NCBI GenBank assembly: GCA_038889235.1
Contig: JAWAHN010000001.1
Location: 704,499-736,498 of the forward strand
Direction of reading: 5' to 3'
DNA from: Candidatus Jordarchaeales archaeon
GTDB taxonomy: Archaea; Asgardarchaeota; Jordiarchaeia; Jordiarchaeales; Freyrarchaeaceae
DNA: 32,000 bases
The notes under the pieces were generated by a model, which was given only the letters and a program-made list of their open reading frames with translations, was not told the DNA's origin and ran no database searches. Made by a program: the position numbers and the translations under genes. Below, piece by piece: positions 9,029 to 18,691 of the stretch (position 1 is its first letter; every line of letters begins with the position of its first letter).

Positions 9029-10465
9029 TTGAAAGTGATTTCAATAGCGAAGGAGAGTGGCATTATTTCGGCGCAAAAATATTATCGTACAATATCCGAA
9101 ATCACCGGTCCACTTGTTATAGTGAGTGGTGTGAAAGACGTAGCTTACAATGAAGTAGTTCTCATAGAACTTCCTAATGGCGAAACAAGAAGAGGAACAG
9201 TTTTAGAAGTTGGGTTAGGTAAGGCTGTAGTTCAAGTCTTCGAGGGAACTAGAGGAATCGACGCCAGGAACACCACTGTCAGATTTACTGGGGAGACGAT
9301 GAAGCTGCCTGTCTCCATCGAGATGATGGGACGCATCTTTAATGGTTCAGGGGAGCCCATAGACGGGGGACCACCAATAATCCCTGAAGACGAGTTAGAT
9401 ATTCACGGTTACCCGATCAACCCTTATGCAAGAGAATACCCCAGAGAGTTTATCCAAACAGGTTTAAGCGTAATAGATGGTTTAAACTCTCTAGTCAGGG
9501 GGCAGAAGTTACCGATATTTTCAGGAGCAGGGTTACCTCACAATAGGATAGCTGTCCAAATAGCTAGGCAGGCTAAAGTTCTGGGGAAAGAGGAAGACTT
9601 CGCCGTTGTTTTCGCCGCAATGGGTATAACAGCAGAGGAGGCAAGATTTTTCAGGGCTGACTTCGAAAGAACTGGAGCGTTAGAAAGAGTTGTCCTTTTC
9701 ATGAACCTTGCAGATGACCCTGCGATTGAGAGAATAATAACTCCCCGAGTAGCCTTAACGGCAGCAGAGTACTTGGCATATGAACACAACATGCACATCT
9801 TAGTGATACTCACAGACATGACGAACTACGCTGAAGCTTTAAGAGAAATAAGCGCCGCAAGAGAAGAAGTGCCGGGAAGAAGAGGGTACCCAGGATACCT
9901 TTACACCGACCTCGCAACAATCTATGAGAGAGCTGGACGCATAAGAGGGAAGAAGGGAACGATAACTCAAATGCCAATTCTAACAATGCCCAACGATGAC
10001 ATTACTCACCCAATCCCAGACCTTACAGGCTATATCACGGAGGGACAGCTAATTGTTGATAGAGGACTTCACAGAAAAGGCATATACCCGCCAATTGACC
10101 CAAGACCAAGCTTAAGCAGGCTCATGAAAGAAGGTATAGGGCCGGGAAGAACTAGGAAAGACCACAGAGAAGTTAGTGACCAATTATACTATGCTTATAG
10201 TGAAGCAGTAGACCTCAGAGCATTAGTAGCTGTCGTAGGCGAGGAGGCGCTCCTTCCGAGAGACAAAAAATATCTAGAGTTCGGTGAAGTTTTCGAAAAG
10301 AGGTTCATTAATCAAGGAGAGTACGAAGAACGTAGCATAGAAGAAACACTGGATCTTGGATGGGAGTTACTAAGCATGTTCCCTGAAAGCGAGCTGAAAA
10401 GGATAGACCCAGAAACAATAAACTGGGCTAAACGAGAAGGAAAGTACACGTACGTCGGAGAGTAG
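9029..10465 (+). CDS. atpB: A/V-type ATP synthase subunit B; start uncertain
   Basis: [45 protein letters not shown] and [15 protein letters not shown] motifs. Confidence 0.96.
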   Translation: MKVISIAKESGIISAQKYYRTISEITGPLVIVSGVKDVAYNEVVLIELPNGETRRGTVLEVGLGKAVVQVFEGTRGIDARNTTVRFTGETMKLPVSIEMMGRIFNGSGEPIDGGPPIIPEDELDIHGYPINPYAREYPREFIQTGLSVIDGLNSLVRGQKLPIFSGAGLPHNRIAVQIARQAKVLGKEEDFAVVFAAMGITAEEARFFRADFERTGALERVVLFMNLADDPAIERIITPRVALTAAEYLAYEHNMHILVILTDMTNYAEALREISAAREEVPGRRGYPGYLYTDLATIYERAGRIRGKKGTITQMPILTMPNDDITHPIPDLTGYITEGQLIVDRGLHRKGIYPPIDPRPSLSRLMKEGIGPGRTRKDHREVSDQLYYAYSEAVDLRALVAVVGEEALLPRDKKYLEFGEVFEKRFINQGEYEERSIEETLDLGWELLSMFPESELKRIDPETINWAKREGKYTYVGE

Positions 10466-10494
10466 TATGCAAGTTTAAGTTGATGAAGAAACAA

Positions 10495-10557
10495 TTATTT
10501 ATTTCACTTTTTATATTACAATTTTTACGATTTTCAGTTTTTAGAATTAAGTACTTT
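10495..10557. terminator. T-rich region between convergent atpB and OSTC-like genes
   Basis: Several oligo-T tracts on the + strand, resembling archaeal intrinsic terminators. Confidence 0.4.
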
Positions 10558-10953
10558 TCAGGAGGCTTGGAAAAGCCAAGGCGCTTTACTAATTAACAAT
10601 AAATGAAGAATTACCACTGCCACTATAATTAAGATCAAACCGACTGCTATCAATTTAGTAGCGTAGCTTGGATTGTACGGGTTTTTTGTACCTTCATACA
10701 TTAAGATGAAGCCTGCAAAACTTGTGAATATTAGTACTGCTACCACAATTCCTTCTACTGCGTATTGATCTTGGAGACTATTACTTATGAAGCCAAAACT
10801 TATTGGGGGAGGGTTTATTAATAAGTAGGCGCCGCCGCTAAGAAGGAACAAAGCAAACACTACTAACATTATTGTTATTAATGTGTTGGGAGGTTGACGC
10901 AGCATGATCCTTTCTCGTATCCATTTCGATATTCGAGCATACATTTTCTTCAA
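10558..10953 (-). CDS. OSTC/DC2-like (OST3/OST6 family) oligosaccharyltransferase accessory subunit
   Basis: Three predicted TM segments. FLLSGGAY, QYAVEG, GFILM and C-terminal KAPWL align by eye with eukaryotic DC2/OSTC (FLITGGIIY, QYIMEG, GFIIL, KLPGYL, recalled from memory). TTG start follows SD ggaggagg. Confidence 0.75.
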   Translation of the reverse strand: MKKMYARISKWIRERIMLRQPPNTLITIMLVVFALFLLSGGAYLLINPPPISFGFISNSLQDQYAVEGIVVAVLIFTSFAGFILMYEGTKNPYNPSYATKLIAVGLILIIVAVVILHLLLISKAPWLFQAS

Positions 10954-10991
10954 TAAGTTCCTCCTCCCTTTCTCGACCAGGTGAGGTTTAA

Positions 10992-11219
10992 TTACTTTTG
11001 GTTTTGCCTCCTAATTAAATCGTCTGCCACTTCTTTAGCCCATTGACCAGTATTTTCGTTCTCTGCTACCCTTCTTAAATATTCCTGCCAACTTATTTGA
11101 AAAGCTTTTTTCCAGTGCGGATACTGTTTCTTTAGGTTTTCATATGCCAGTTGATGTTTTTCACAATAGACGCTGCCCTCCACTCTTTTTTCACCACAGA
11201 TTTGACATTTTTCCCGCAT
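10992..11219 (-). CDS. Small putative Zn-binding hypothetical protein
   Basis: CQIC...YCEKH pattern, 75 aa; ATG begins 2 nt after the topA stop. Confidence 0.7.
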   Translation of the reverse strand: MREKCQICGEKRVEGSVYCEKHQLAYENLKKQYPHWKKAFQISWQEYLRRVAENENTGQWAKEVADDLIRRQNQK

Positions 11220-11220
11220 T

Positions 11221-13284
11221 TCACTTTGCCTCCTGACAGTTCTGCCAATTAACGCAAATTTCCTGAGGACGTCGCTTAGGCCTTTTAATGATAATTATTG
11301 GGAAACCACAATTAGGGCATTTCTTTCGTGTTGGTTCGATGGTTCCTGATTGAGGGAGTGGAGCACTAAAATAGCATTTTGCATTCCAATAGTTAGAGCA
11401 GCCCACGAACCGTTTCTTACTTTTTTTAGATTTAACTATTTTCAATAGTCCTCCACAGATTGGACATTCACCTAAAGTAGACTCTTTTTCCCATAAAACT
11501 ACTAATGATTCATAAAGCGCTTTTCCAATTTCTTTTTCTTTCAATTTAAATTCTTCAAGGATTGGAGTTAGTTTTTCTATCGCATCCATTAATACTTCTT
11601 GTCTCGTTTTTTTCTGTAGTTCTATTTGATTCATTGCTTCTTCGAGTTCACGTGTTAAATCAACTGACAAAACTTTTGGACAGTAGGACGATAAAACGTT
11701 GATCACAGAGAAGCCTAGGTCGGTCATTTCAATTTGTCTTCCGGTAATGTACCGCCTTTCATAAAGTGTTTCTATTATTTCTGCTCGGGTGGCTTTCGTT
11801 CCTATCTGGTTGGCTTCCATTAATTTTAGGAGACTGCTGGGGTTATATCTAGGGGGTGGCGACGTATACTTTTTCTCTGGAAGGACCTCGATTATTTCAA
11901 CTTGATCTCCTTCATTCACGTTGGGAAGCTCCATTTCTTCTATTCTGGCGTATGGCTTGTAAGCGTCTAACCAGCCGGCGTGCTTGGTTTTTATTCCTCT
12001 TATGTAAAAATCATGGGATGAAATCTTTACTACGATTTTCATGCTTTCTCGAATAGAGGGGGGGCCGAATGATGCGAGGAAGCGCCTCACTATTAAATCG
12101 AATATTCTTTCCTCTTCTGGTGAAAGCTTTTCTTCGGGAAGCACTCCTGTCGGATGGATTGGCGGATGCGCTGGATCGTCTTTTTTACCTTCAGTAGGGG
12201 ATAGTTTTCCACTAGAAAGGATTGAAGTGGCTATGGGCTCATATTGTTCACATTTTTTCAGTTGTTCAAGGATGGATGCTAAATCTATTGACAGAGGAAA
12301 CTTTTGACTGCCGGTTCGCGGATAAGAAATCAAAGCTGCTAGGTATAGTCTTTCGGCAATGGCCATTGTCCTACTGGGGGTATAACCGAAGAGAGAATAA
12401 GCCTCTGATTGAAGGCTGCCGATGTCAAATGGGGGTGGTGGATTAAGTTTTCTTTCGGCTGAATGAATTTCAGTTATTACTCCTGTTTGGTTGCTGCATT
12501 CTTCGACGATCCTGTCAGCTTCATCTTTTAGCAATATTTTTCCTTTCCCATATTGCAAAATGTAGGGTTTACCGTGAATTCTAACTTTAATTTTAATCTC
12601 CCAGTAAGGTCTTGGCACAAAACTTTTTATTTCGTACTCTCTTTTTGCTACGAAGTAAAGCGTTGGTCCTTGAACGCGCCCAGTGCTTAAAATAAAATGC
12701 TTTCCGGCGGCGTTCTTTAGTGATGTAGTCATTGCTCGTGACAAATTTACTCCATATATCCAGTCAATTTCATGCCTTGTCCTGCCTGCTTCGATAAGGC
12801 CCCAATCAAGGGATTCTGAAAGGGAGTAGTAGGCCTTGAGAAGTTCTTTTTCGGTTAATGCTGAAAATTTCATCCTTTTTGCTTTTGAAAGGCTGTCTGA
12901 GCCGCAGGCGTATTTGAGTATATTGTAGGCAATTTGGCTACCTTCTATGTCGAAGTCGGTAGCCGAAATAAATAAGTCGGCACCTTTAGCAAGTTTCGAA
13001 ATGAGACTTATGAAGCGCTCAGTGTTGGCGGCGCGTTTGTTAACACGATAGGCAGCAACCCATTCTAAGTTGAAGACAGGGTAAATCCACCCGTCACTTT
13101 TTTGGCGAACTAGGAAAAGATGACCTAAAGCTGGGACTATTATCAATTCATTCTTGTCTCTAATTGCTTTATAATAGCGGATGCCATCTTCTTCATAGAC
13201 TGCTGGGTTACCATTTTCGTCAAGCGCCCTGGCGATGCGTTCTGCGGCACTGGGTTTTTCTGCGATAACTAAAATATAACCCAC
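11221..13284 (-). CDS. topA: Type IA DNA topoisomerase with C-terminal Zn ribbons
   Basis: IAEKPS, GHL, TOPRIM ATDFDIEG, STGRVQGPTL and catalytic ISYPRT motifs; C-terminal CPICG and CPNCG. Confidence 0.95.
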   Translation of the reverse strand: MGYILVIAEKPSAAERIARALDENGNPAVYEEDGIRYYKAIRDKNELIIVPALGHLFLVRQKSDGWIYPVFNLEWVAAYRVNKRAANTERFISLISKLAKGADLFISATDFDIEGSQIAYNILKYACGSDSLSKAKRMKFSALTEKELLKAYYSLSESLDWGLIEAGRTRHEIDWIYGVNLSRAMTTSLKNAAGKHFILSTGRVQGPTLYFVAKREYEIKSFVPRPYWEIKIKVRIHGKPYILQYGKGKILLKDEADRIVEECSNQTGVITEIHSAERKLNPPPPFDIGSLQSEAYSLFGYTPSRTMAIAERLYLAALISYPRTGSQKFPLSIDLASILEQLKKCEQYEPIATSILSSGKLSPTEGKKDDPAHPPIHPTGVLPEEKLSPEEERIFDLIVRRFLASFGPPSIRESMKIVVKISSHDFYIRGIKTKHAGWLDAYKPYARIEEMELPNVNEGDQVEIIEVLPEKKYTSPPPRYNPSSLLKLMEANQIGTKATRAEIIETLYERRYITGRQIEMTDLGFSVINVLSSYCPKVLSVDLTRELEEAMNQIELQKKTRQEVLMDAIEKLTPILEEFKLKEKEIGKALYESLVVLWEKESTLGECPICGGLLKIVKSKKSKKRFVGCSNYWNAKCYFSAPLPQSGTIEPTRKKCPNCGFPIIIIKRPKRRPQEICVNWQNCQEAK

Positions 13285-13388
13285 TTAAGCTGCCTCCTTG
13301 GGGGGGTAAGGTGTACAAAAGGCAGGCAATTGCTTTTTTTATCATCCCACTGTTCTCTCTTAGACTGTTAGAGACTTTTTAAACGTTT

Positions 13389-15764
13389 TTACTGTGCTTG
13401 TTGAAGGAGTTCTGTTTTGAGTTTCAGTGGTAGCTTGTTAAGTTCGTTTAAGTAGATTGTTCTAACTTTATCTCCGAAGTGTTGTTTAAGTTCTGATGCC
13501 AGCTTTCTGTCACGTTCATCGGTAAAAATTATTAAAACAGAAGAGTGTTTTTCGATGATCCTTTTGATTAGCGGTAGTAATCGCTCAATGCATTTCTCCT
13601 TATCAGTTAGTGCTAGTTTAAACGGGCAATTTTCTATAAAACCATCCAATCCCAGCTTTGGATCTTTAAGTTCCACTAACAGTAAACCTGTCTCATTGCA
13701 TATTCTCTCTATTAAATCGTGAGCGTATGACAAAATAACTTCATCTGTTTTTCCGGTTTTTGTTTCAAGGAAAAATACCGGGACATTTTTTCCGTCAAGT
13801 GCAGGTAAATGGACATGTTTAATGTAAAAAATGTTCTTTTCCAGTCGATTTAGTACCTCATGAGCAGTCTCCTTGGGTATTCCAAGAGACTGAGACACAA
13901 CGTCTTCGGTAATGTATGCATGGTTCTCCATGAGTTGTATTATCTTGGCTTCGATATCTATAATTGATTCGTTTTCCAGTGTGAGAGAGGTATTCTGACA
14001 TGTGATGCTGAAAGTTATTGTGGGGCAACCCTTTCTTGAAAGGGAGAAAAGTTTGCTTTTACGGTTGTCAACCACTTCAGCCTCTGTAATTATGGAGTTA
14101 AACTTCTGGAGTATCTGGAAGGGTAGGGTGCCTACCGTTGAAAAAATACTGAACGAAAAGTCTCTGAATATCTTGTCCATTACATGGCTTTCCGTTAGAA
14201 ACGATGCTATCGATGAGGGCGCGATCATTATGAGGGCGTATTCATATCTAGGGCACAAGTCAAGAATCAAAGAGGTTAGAAATTCAATAGTAGTTGGCGA
14301 AAGACTTAGTGTCGAGCCACTTAAATCTAGGAAAATTCTTGATGAGGCAAACAGTTCTCCTAATGTAGGCCTATTTTTTTCGAAGAACTTAGATAGGATA
14401 CCACTCTCTACATCTGAGAGAAACTCCTTTAACTTGTCCTTATGAAGAGCGCTTTCAGACAAGGAATAGACTACTTCTGAAATGAAAGAGACAATATCTC
14501 TGTGGCGTGATGACCTTAGAATCGTTTGGATCATGTCATTCTTTTCAATTGAAACGTTTAACGTTTTTGCTAACTGTTCTAGGAGATGCGTGAAGTAGTC
14601 ATGCATAGGAGTGTTGGATTGAGGCGCTAGGGAGAAAGAAGTAAAGCTATCTTTTTCTGATAGAAGTAATCCTCCTCCCAGCATATTCCTCAACTGCAAT
14701 GCAAGTCCTGAGAAGTCAACAATTAACAGCTTGTGTGACAACTGAGACACTATCTTTCCGAGAAGAGTAACAATAGAACTTTTATGTTTCGCGAGAATCA
14801 AAAGAGGGTTGAGTGTTTTTTCGTCAACTTTAAGGTCAACTGTTCGGTCGTTAATAAGCACTTTTCCTAAGTTAATCATAGAAGCAGTAGTTGAAGTGTG
14901 GGAGTTTAGTAATTGATTATCCGCAAGAGCAGCATAGAACGCACTTATATCTTCTAGGAGGGAATACTTGTTTGAAACGCTGAGACGGCAAATGATTTTA
15001 GAAAGATTTCTCGCCACCACTTTGCTGCTTACAAAGGATGGTTCACTGAGGAAACATGATACTAGAGCACTAAAAGCGCCCACAGCATTCTTTAAAGATG
15101 AAAGATTCCTGCTCAGGAGCACGATGTAGGGCGACGTTTCCAATGCAAAGTTGCCTGACTCAGCTGCCTTTGGGTAGTGAGAAGCTCGTTTGAGTTTTAA
15201 TGGAAAAATTAAGTAGACGTCTACATCGAAGTTTTTTGAAAGAGATTCAAGACGTTCAACTAAATTGCATATTGTTTGGTATGAAACCGGTGTAAAAGTG
15301 ATCAAGGATACATAAAGTGGGGAATCATTGTCCTGTATGCAAAGGATGTTCTTTTCGATATTAGCAGTTCTTATAGTTTTTTTGTTTCCAGAGATTGAGA
15401 GGAGAACATCATTTAGTGAAGAACCCTGCAATGCCTGTGCGCGGCTTAATGGAGGAATGAGGTCTGGCGAGGGACAGTAGAGATACATGAACTTGTGTCG
15501 TTTTCCTTTACTTATCACTAATTCAAGGGATATCTCTACGCCATTTACTTTCAAAAAATCCTCCAGATGCTTATTGAAAAATTCAGATGGAAGTATTACT
15601 CCCACCTTAACAAGTTTCCTGCCTTTCACTACACAAAAATTATTTTTCTTCATAACGATGCAAAGACAATTTCCAACTAAACGGAGGTATAAAGTAACAG
15701 ATATGAGAAGAAGTAGTAATGAAGCCATAAGCGTAAGTGAAAACAATGTCCTCCACCTTTGCAT
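13389..15764 (-). CDS. Large hypothetical protein with N-terminal TM helix; possibly an inactivated HerA/VirB4-like ATPase with a C-terminal winged helix
   Basis: 791-aa open frame with a hydrophobic N-terminus. Segments INLGKV...LLIL...LLIVDFSG and ELFASSRIFLDLS resemble the HerA/VirB4 scaffold but lack Walker A/B residues. The functional call is weak; the ORF itself is solid. Confidence 0.5.
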   Translation of the reverse strand: MQRWRTLFSLTLMASLLLLLISVTLYLRLVGNCLCIVMKKNNFCVVKGRKLVKVGVILPSEFFNKHLEDFLKVNGVEISLELVISKGKRHKFMYLYCPSPDLIPPLSRAQALQGSSLNDVLLSISGNKKTIRTANIEKNILCIQDNDSPLYVSLITFTPVSYQTICNLVERLESLSKNFDVDVYLIFPLKLKRASHYPKAAESGNFALETSPYIVLLSRNLSSLKNAVGAFSALVSCFLSEPSFVSSKVVARNLSKIICRLSVSNKYSLLEDISAFYAALADNQLLNSHTSTTASMINLGKVLINDRTVDLKVDEKTLNPLLILAKHKSSIVTLLGKIVSQLSHKLLIVDFSGLALQLRNMLGGGLLLSEKDSFTSFSLAPQSNTPMHDYFTHLLEQLAKTLNVSIEKNDMIQTILRSSRHRDIVSFISEVVYSLSESALHKDKLKEFLSDVESGILSKFFEKNRPTLGELFASSRIFLDLSGSTLSLSPTTIEFLTSLILDLCPRYEYALIMIAPSSIASFLTESHVMDKIFRDFSFSIFSTVGTLPFQILQKFNSIITEAEVVDNRKSKLFSLSRKGCPTITFSITCQNTSLTLENESIIDIEAKIIQLMENHAYITEDVVSQSLGIPKETAHEVLNRLEKNIFYIKHVHLPALDGKNVPVFFLETKTGKTDEVILSYAHDLIERICNETGLLLVELKDPKLGLDGFIENCPFKLALTDKEKCIERLLPLIKRIIEKHSSVLIIFTDERDRKLASELKQHFGDKVRTIYLNELNKLPLKLKTELLQQAQ

Positions 15765-15860
15765 TAAATCTTTCGCAAGTCTAATTAGTTATAGTCAAAA
15801 AGCAATTTAAACCGCACATTTGAGTTAAAATAAGCGAATTGTAAAAAAGGAAGTGGAAAA

Positions 15861-17135
15861 GTGAGTGAAGTAGAAATTGAGCTTAAAGGCCACATAATCG
15901 ACTCGCTCATTCTACCTAAAGTTTTTGCAACAATATATGATTTAGATGGTGAGTTCGAAATTCTAGAGTTCAGAATTGGAAGAACGAAAAACGAACATTC
16001 GTACGCCAGAATTCTCATTAAAGGAAAAAATGAAGAACACCTTAACATTATTTTGAAAGAGGTGCAAAAAATCGGTGCAGTTCTTGTTAAAGAAATAGAA
16101 GATGTTAAACTAGCACCCGCACCAAGCGATGGAGTGCTCCCAGATAATTTTTATTCAACAACAAGTAATCCAACCTATATTCGCCTAGGAGGAAAATGGG
16201 TTGAGTGTCAGGACATAGAGATGGACAAAGTTATTGTCGTGAAAGATGGAGTGCCTGTATGCATTCCCATGAGGAAAGTTAAGAAAGGAGACTTGGTGGT
16301 GCTAAACGGGTCAGGGATAAAGGTGGTGCCTCCTGAAAGATCTAGAAAAAAGGAGATATTTAGATTCATGAGCAGTGATGTCTCCTCTGAGAAGCCAACA
16401 ATAACCCTAGTCAAGATGTTGGCGAGGGAAATGTACCTCATGAAGAAAGTAAGAAAAGAAAAGATAGTCGTAGTGGCTGGTCCAGCTGTAGTTCATTCCG
16501 GTGCTTCAAATGCACTAGCTAAGCTTATAAGAATGGGATACGTTGATGCGCTACTTTCGGGAAACGCGCTAGCTGTGCACGACATTGAAAAAAGCCTTTA
16601 TGGTACATCTTTAGGAGTGAATATTGAAACGCTTGAAAGTTATGAAGGAGGGCACAGGCACCACTTAATGGCCATAAATGAAGTCAGGAAGCATGGTTCA
16701 ATAAAGAACCTCGTAGAAGCCGGAGTGCTCAAGGAAGGAATAATGTACGAGTGCATAGTTAACAATGTACCATTTGTTCTCGCAGGCTCTATACGTGACG
16801 ACGGACCCCTTCCTGAGGTTATAACAGATGTACTTGAGGCACAGGATGCTATGCGAAAATGCCTGAGAGGAACGAAACTAGTATTAATGCTGGCTACGAT
16901 GCTTCACTCAATAGCTGTCGGTAACATGTTGCCTTCAACGGTAAAAGTAGTTTGTGTGGACATGAATCCTAGTACCGTGATAAAATTGACAGACAGGGGG
17001 ACATATGCGCTAGGTATAGTGAGTGACGTGGGAACATTCCTCCCGCGATTAGTTCAAGAACTAGAAAACATAGAGAAAGAGGTGAGCACAGAAAAATTTA
17101 CAAGTCAAACCTTCTCGGAAAAGAAGGCAGGATGA
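15861..17135 (+). CDS. TIGR00300-family protein (ornithine cyclodeaminase-like, related to the ArgZ/AgrE C-terminal region)
   Basis: LKGHIIDSLIL, DGVLPDNFYSTT, MSSDVSSEKP, GNALAVHDIE and LAGSIRDDGPLP motifs. Confidence 0.82.
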   Translation: MSEVEIELKGHIIDSLILPKVFATIYDLDGEFEILEFRIGRTKNEHSYARILIKGKNEEHLNIILKEVQKIGAVLVKEIEDVKLAPAPSDGVLPDNFYSTTSNPTYIRLGGKWVECQDIEMDKVIVVKDGVPVCIPMRKVKKGDLVVLNGSGIKVVPPERSRKKEIFRFMSSDVSSEKPTITLVKMLAREMYLMKKVRKEKIVVVAGPAVVHSGASNALAKLIRMGYVDALLSGNALAVHDIEKSLYGTSLGVNIETLESYEGGHRHHLMAINEVRKHGSIKNLVEAGVLKEGIMYECIVNNVPFVLAGSIRDDGPLPEVITDVLEAQDAMRKCLRGTKLVLMLATMLHSIAVGNMLPSTVKVVCVDMNPSTVIKLTDRGTYALGIVSDVGTFLPRLVQELENIEKEVSTEKFTSQTFSEKKAG

Positions 17136-17148
17136 GGGAGGGAGAAAA

Positions 17149-18690
17149 GTGGAGTACCTAGTCGCCATAGATGCAGGAACAATTGGTTGCAGAACAATAG
17201 TTTTTGATGAAAACGGAAGAGAGATTGGTAGAGCATATGAGGAGTACCCCAGTTTATACCCATACCCAACATGGGTTGAGCAAAGACCTGACGATTGGTG
17301 GAGAGCTGTATGCAACACAGTAAAGGGAGCGATATCTAGAGCCAAAATAAAAGCCGAGGAAATAGCTGGAATAAGTGTAACTAACCAAAGAGAGACCATT
17401 GTTCCAGTAGACGAGAACGGGAAGCCGTTAAGGAACGCGATAGTTTGGCAGGACAGAAGAACGATTGAGGAGTGCAGGAAAATAAAGGAAGTCCTTGGAA
17501 GCGAAAAAGTTTACGAAATAACAGGATTAACTGTCGATCCATATTTCTCAGCTCCGAAGATACTTTGGATAAAAGAGAACGAGAAAGAAATTTTCGATAA
17601 AACTTACAAGTTCATGCTGGTACACGATTACATTTTAATGAAACTGACTGGGGAGTTTGTCACAGACTGGTCTAATGCGTCAAGGACCATGCTTTTCAAC
17701 ATAAAGGAATTTAAGTGGTCCAGAGAAATTTGCGACGCTCTAGAGATACCGCTAGAAAAACTTCCAAGAGCAGAAGCACCTGCAAAGAAAATAGGGGAAG
17801 TAACTAGAGAGGCGAGTGAGGCAACCGGGCTGGCTGTAGGGACCCCTGTTGTTACGGGAGGGGGAGACCAGCAGTGTGGTGCTGTAGGCATAGGAGTCGT
17901 GAGGGAAGGAAGAGTAAAAGCTACAACTGGAACTGGAACCTTCATTTTGGCGTATTCTGGTAAGCCTGTTTTAGATAAGAAAATGAGGGTGCTCTGTAGC
18001 TGCCATGCAGATCCCGGCAAATGGGTAGTTGAGGCAAGTATTTTCACTACAGGGTCAATATACAGGTGGTTTAGAGACCAGCTTGGACATGTTGAAAAAG
18101 TCGTAGCGGAAATACTCGGCGAAGACCCGTATAACATTCTTAACAAGGAGGCTGAGGCAGTGCCACCCGGCTCTGGGGGAATACTTGTTCTCCCGCACTT
18201 CATAGGAGCCGGAGCGCCATACTGGAATCCGAACTCGAGAGGGGTAATATTCGGCCTAGCGTTAGGACACACAAGAAAACACTTGATAAGAGCACTAATG
18301 GAGGGAGTGTGCTTCGAAATAAGAAAAAACATCGAAGTGATGAGGGAAGTAGGAATCTCTATTAACGAAATGAGGATTACTGGAGGGGCCACACGAAGCG
18401 ACCTCTGGAACCAAATTCAAGCAGACATTTATAACTTACCAATTGTAATAGGGGCCGTTGAGGAGGCTACAGCACTTGGAGCAGCAATATTGGCAGGAGT
18501 TGGAGTAGGAGTGTATAAGTCGATTTCTGAAGCGGCAGAGAGAGCAGTTAAAATAAAGGAGGTTAAAAAACCCGATGCAACAAAGCGAAAGGTATACGAT
18601 AGCTTATATAGCTTGCATGTAGAACTATACGAAGCATTAAACAGTAGAGGACTCTTCGAAAAACTAGCTAAAGTAGCTGAGCTGATGTAA
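17149..18690 (+). CDS. glpK: FGGY-family kinase, probably glycerol kinase
   Basis: IDAGT, TNQRET, NAIVWQDRRT, YFSAPKILW, SNASRTMLFN, GDQQ and EATALGAA motifs; lies directly upstream of glpABC. Confidence 0.8.
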   Translation: MEYLVAIDAGTIGCRTIVFDENGREIGRAYEEYPSLYPYPTWVEQRPDDWWRAVCNTVKGAISRAKIKAEEIAGISVTNQRETIVPVDENGKPLRNAIVWQDRRTIEECRKIKEVLGSEKVYEITGLTVDPYFSAPKILWIKENEKEIFDKTYKFMLVHDYILMKLTGEFVTDWSNASRTMLFNIKEFKWSREICDALEIPLEKLPRAEAPAKKIGEVTREASEATGLAVGTPVVTGGGDQQCGAVGIGVVREGRVKATTGTGTFILAYSGKPVLDKKMRVLCSCHADPGKWVVEASIFTTGSIYRWFRDQLGHVEKVVAEILGEDPYNILNKEAEAVPPGSGGILVLPHFIGAGAPYWNPNSRGVIFGLALGHTRKHLIRALMEGVCFEIRKNIEVMREVGISINEMRITGGATRSDLWNQIQADIYNLPIVIGAVEEATALGAAILAGVGVGVYKSISEAAERAVKIKEVKKPDATKRKVYDSLYSLHVELYEALNSRGLFEKLAKVAELM

Positions 18691-18691
18691 A

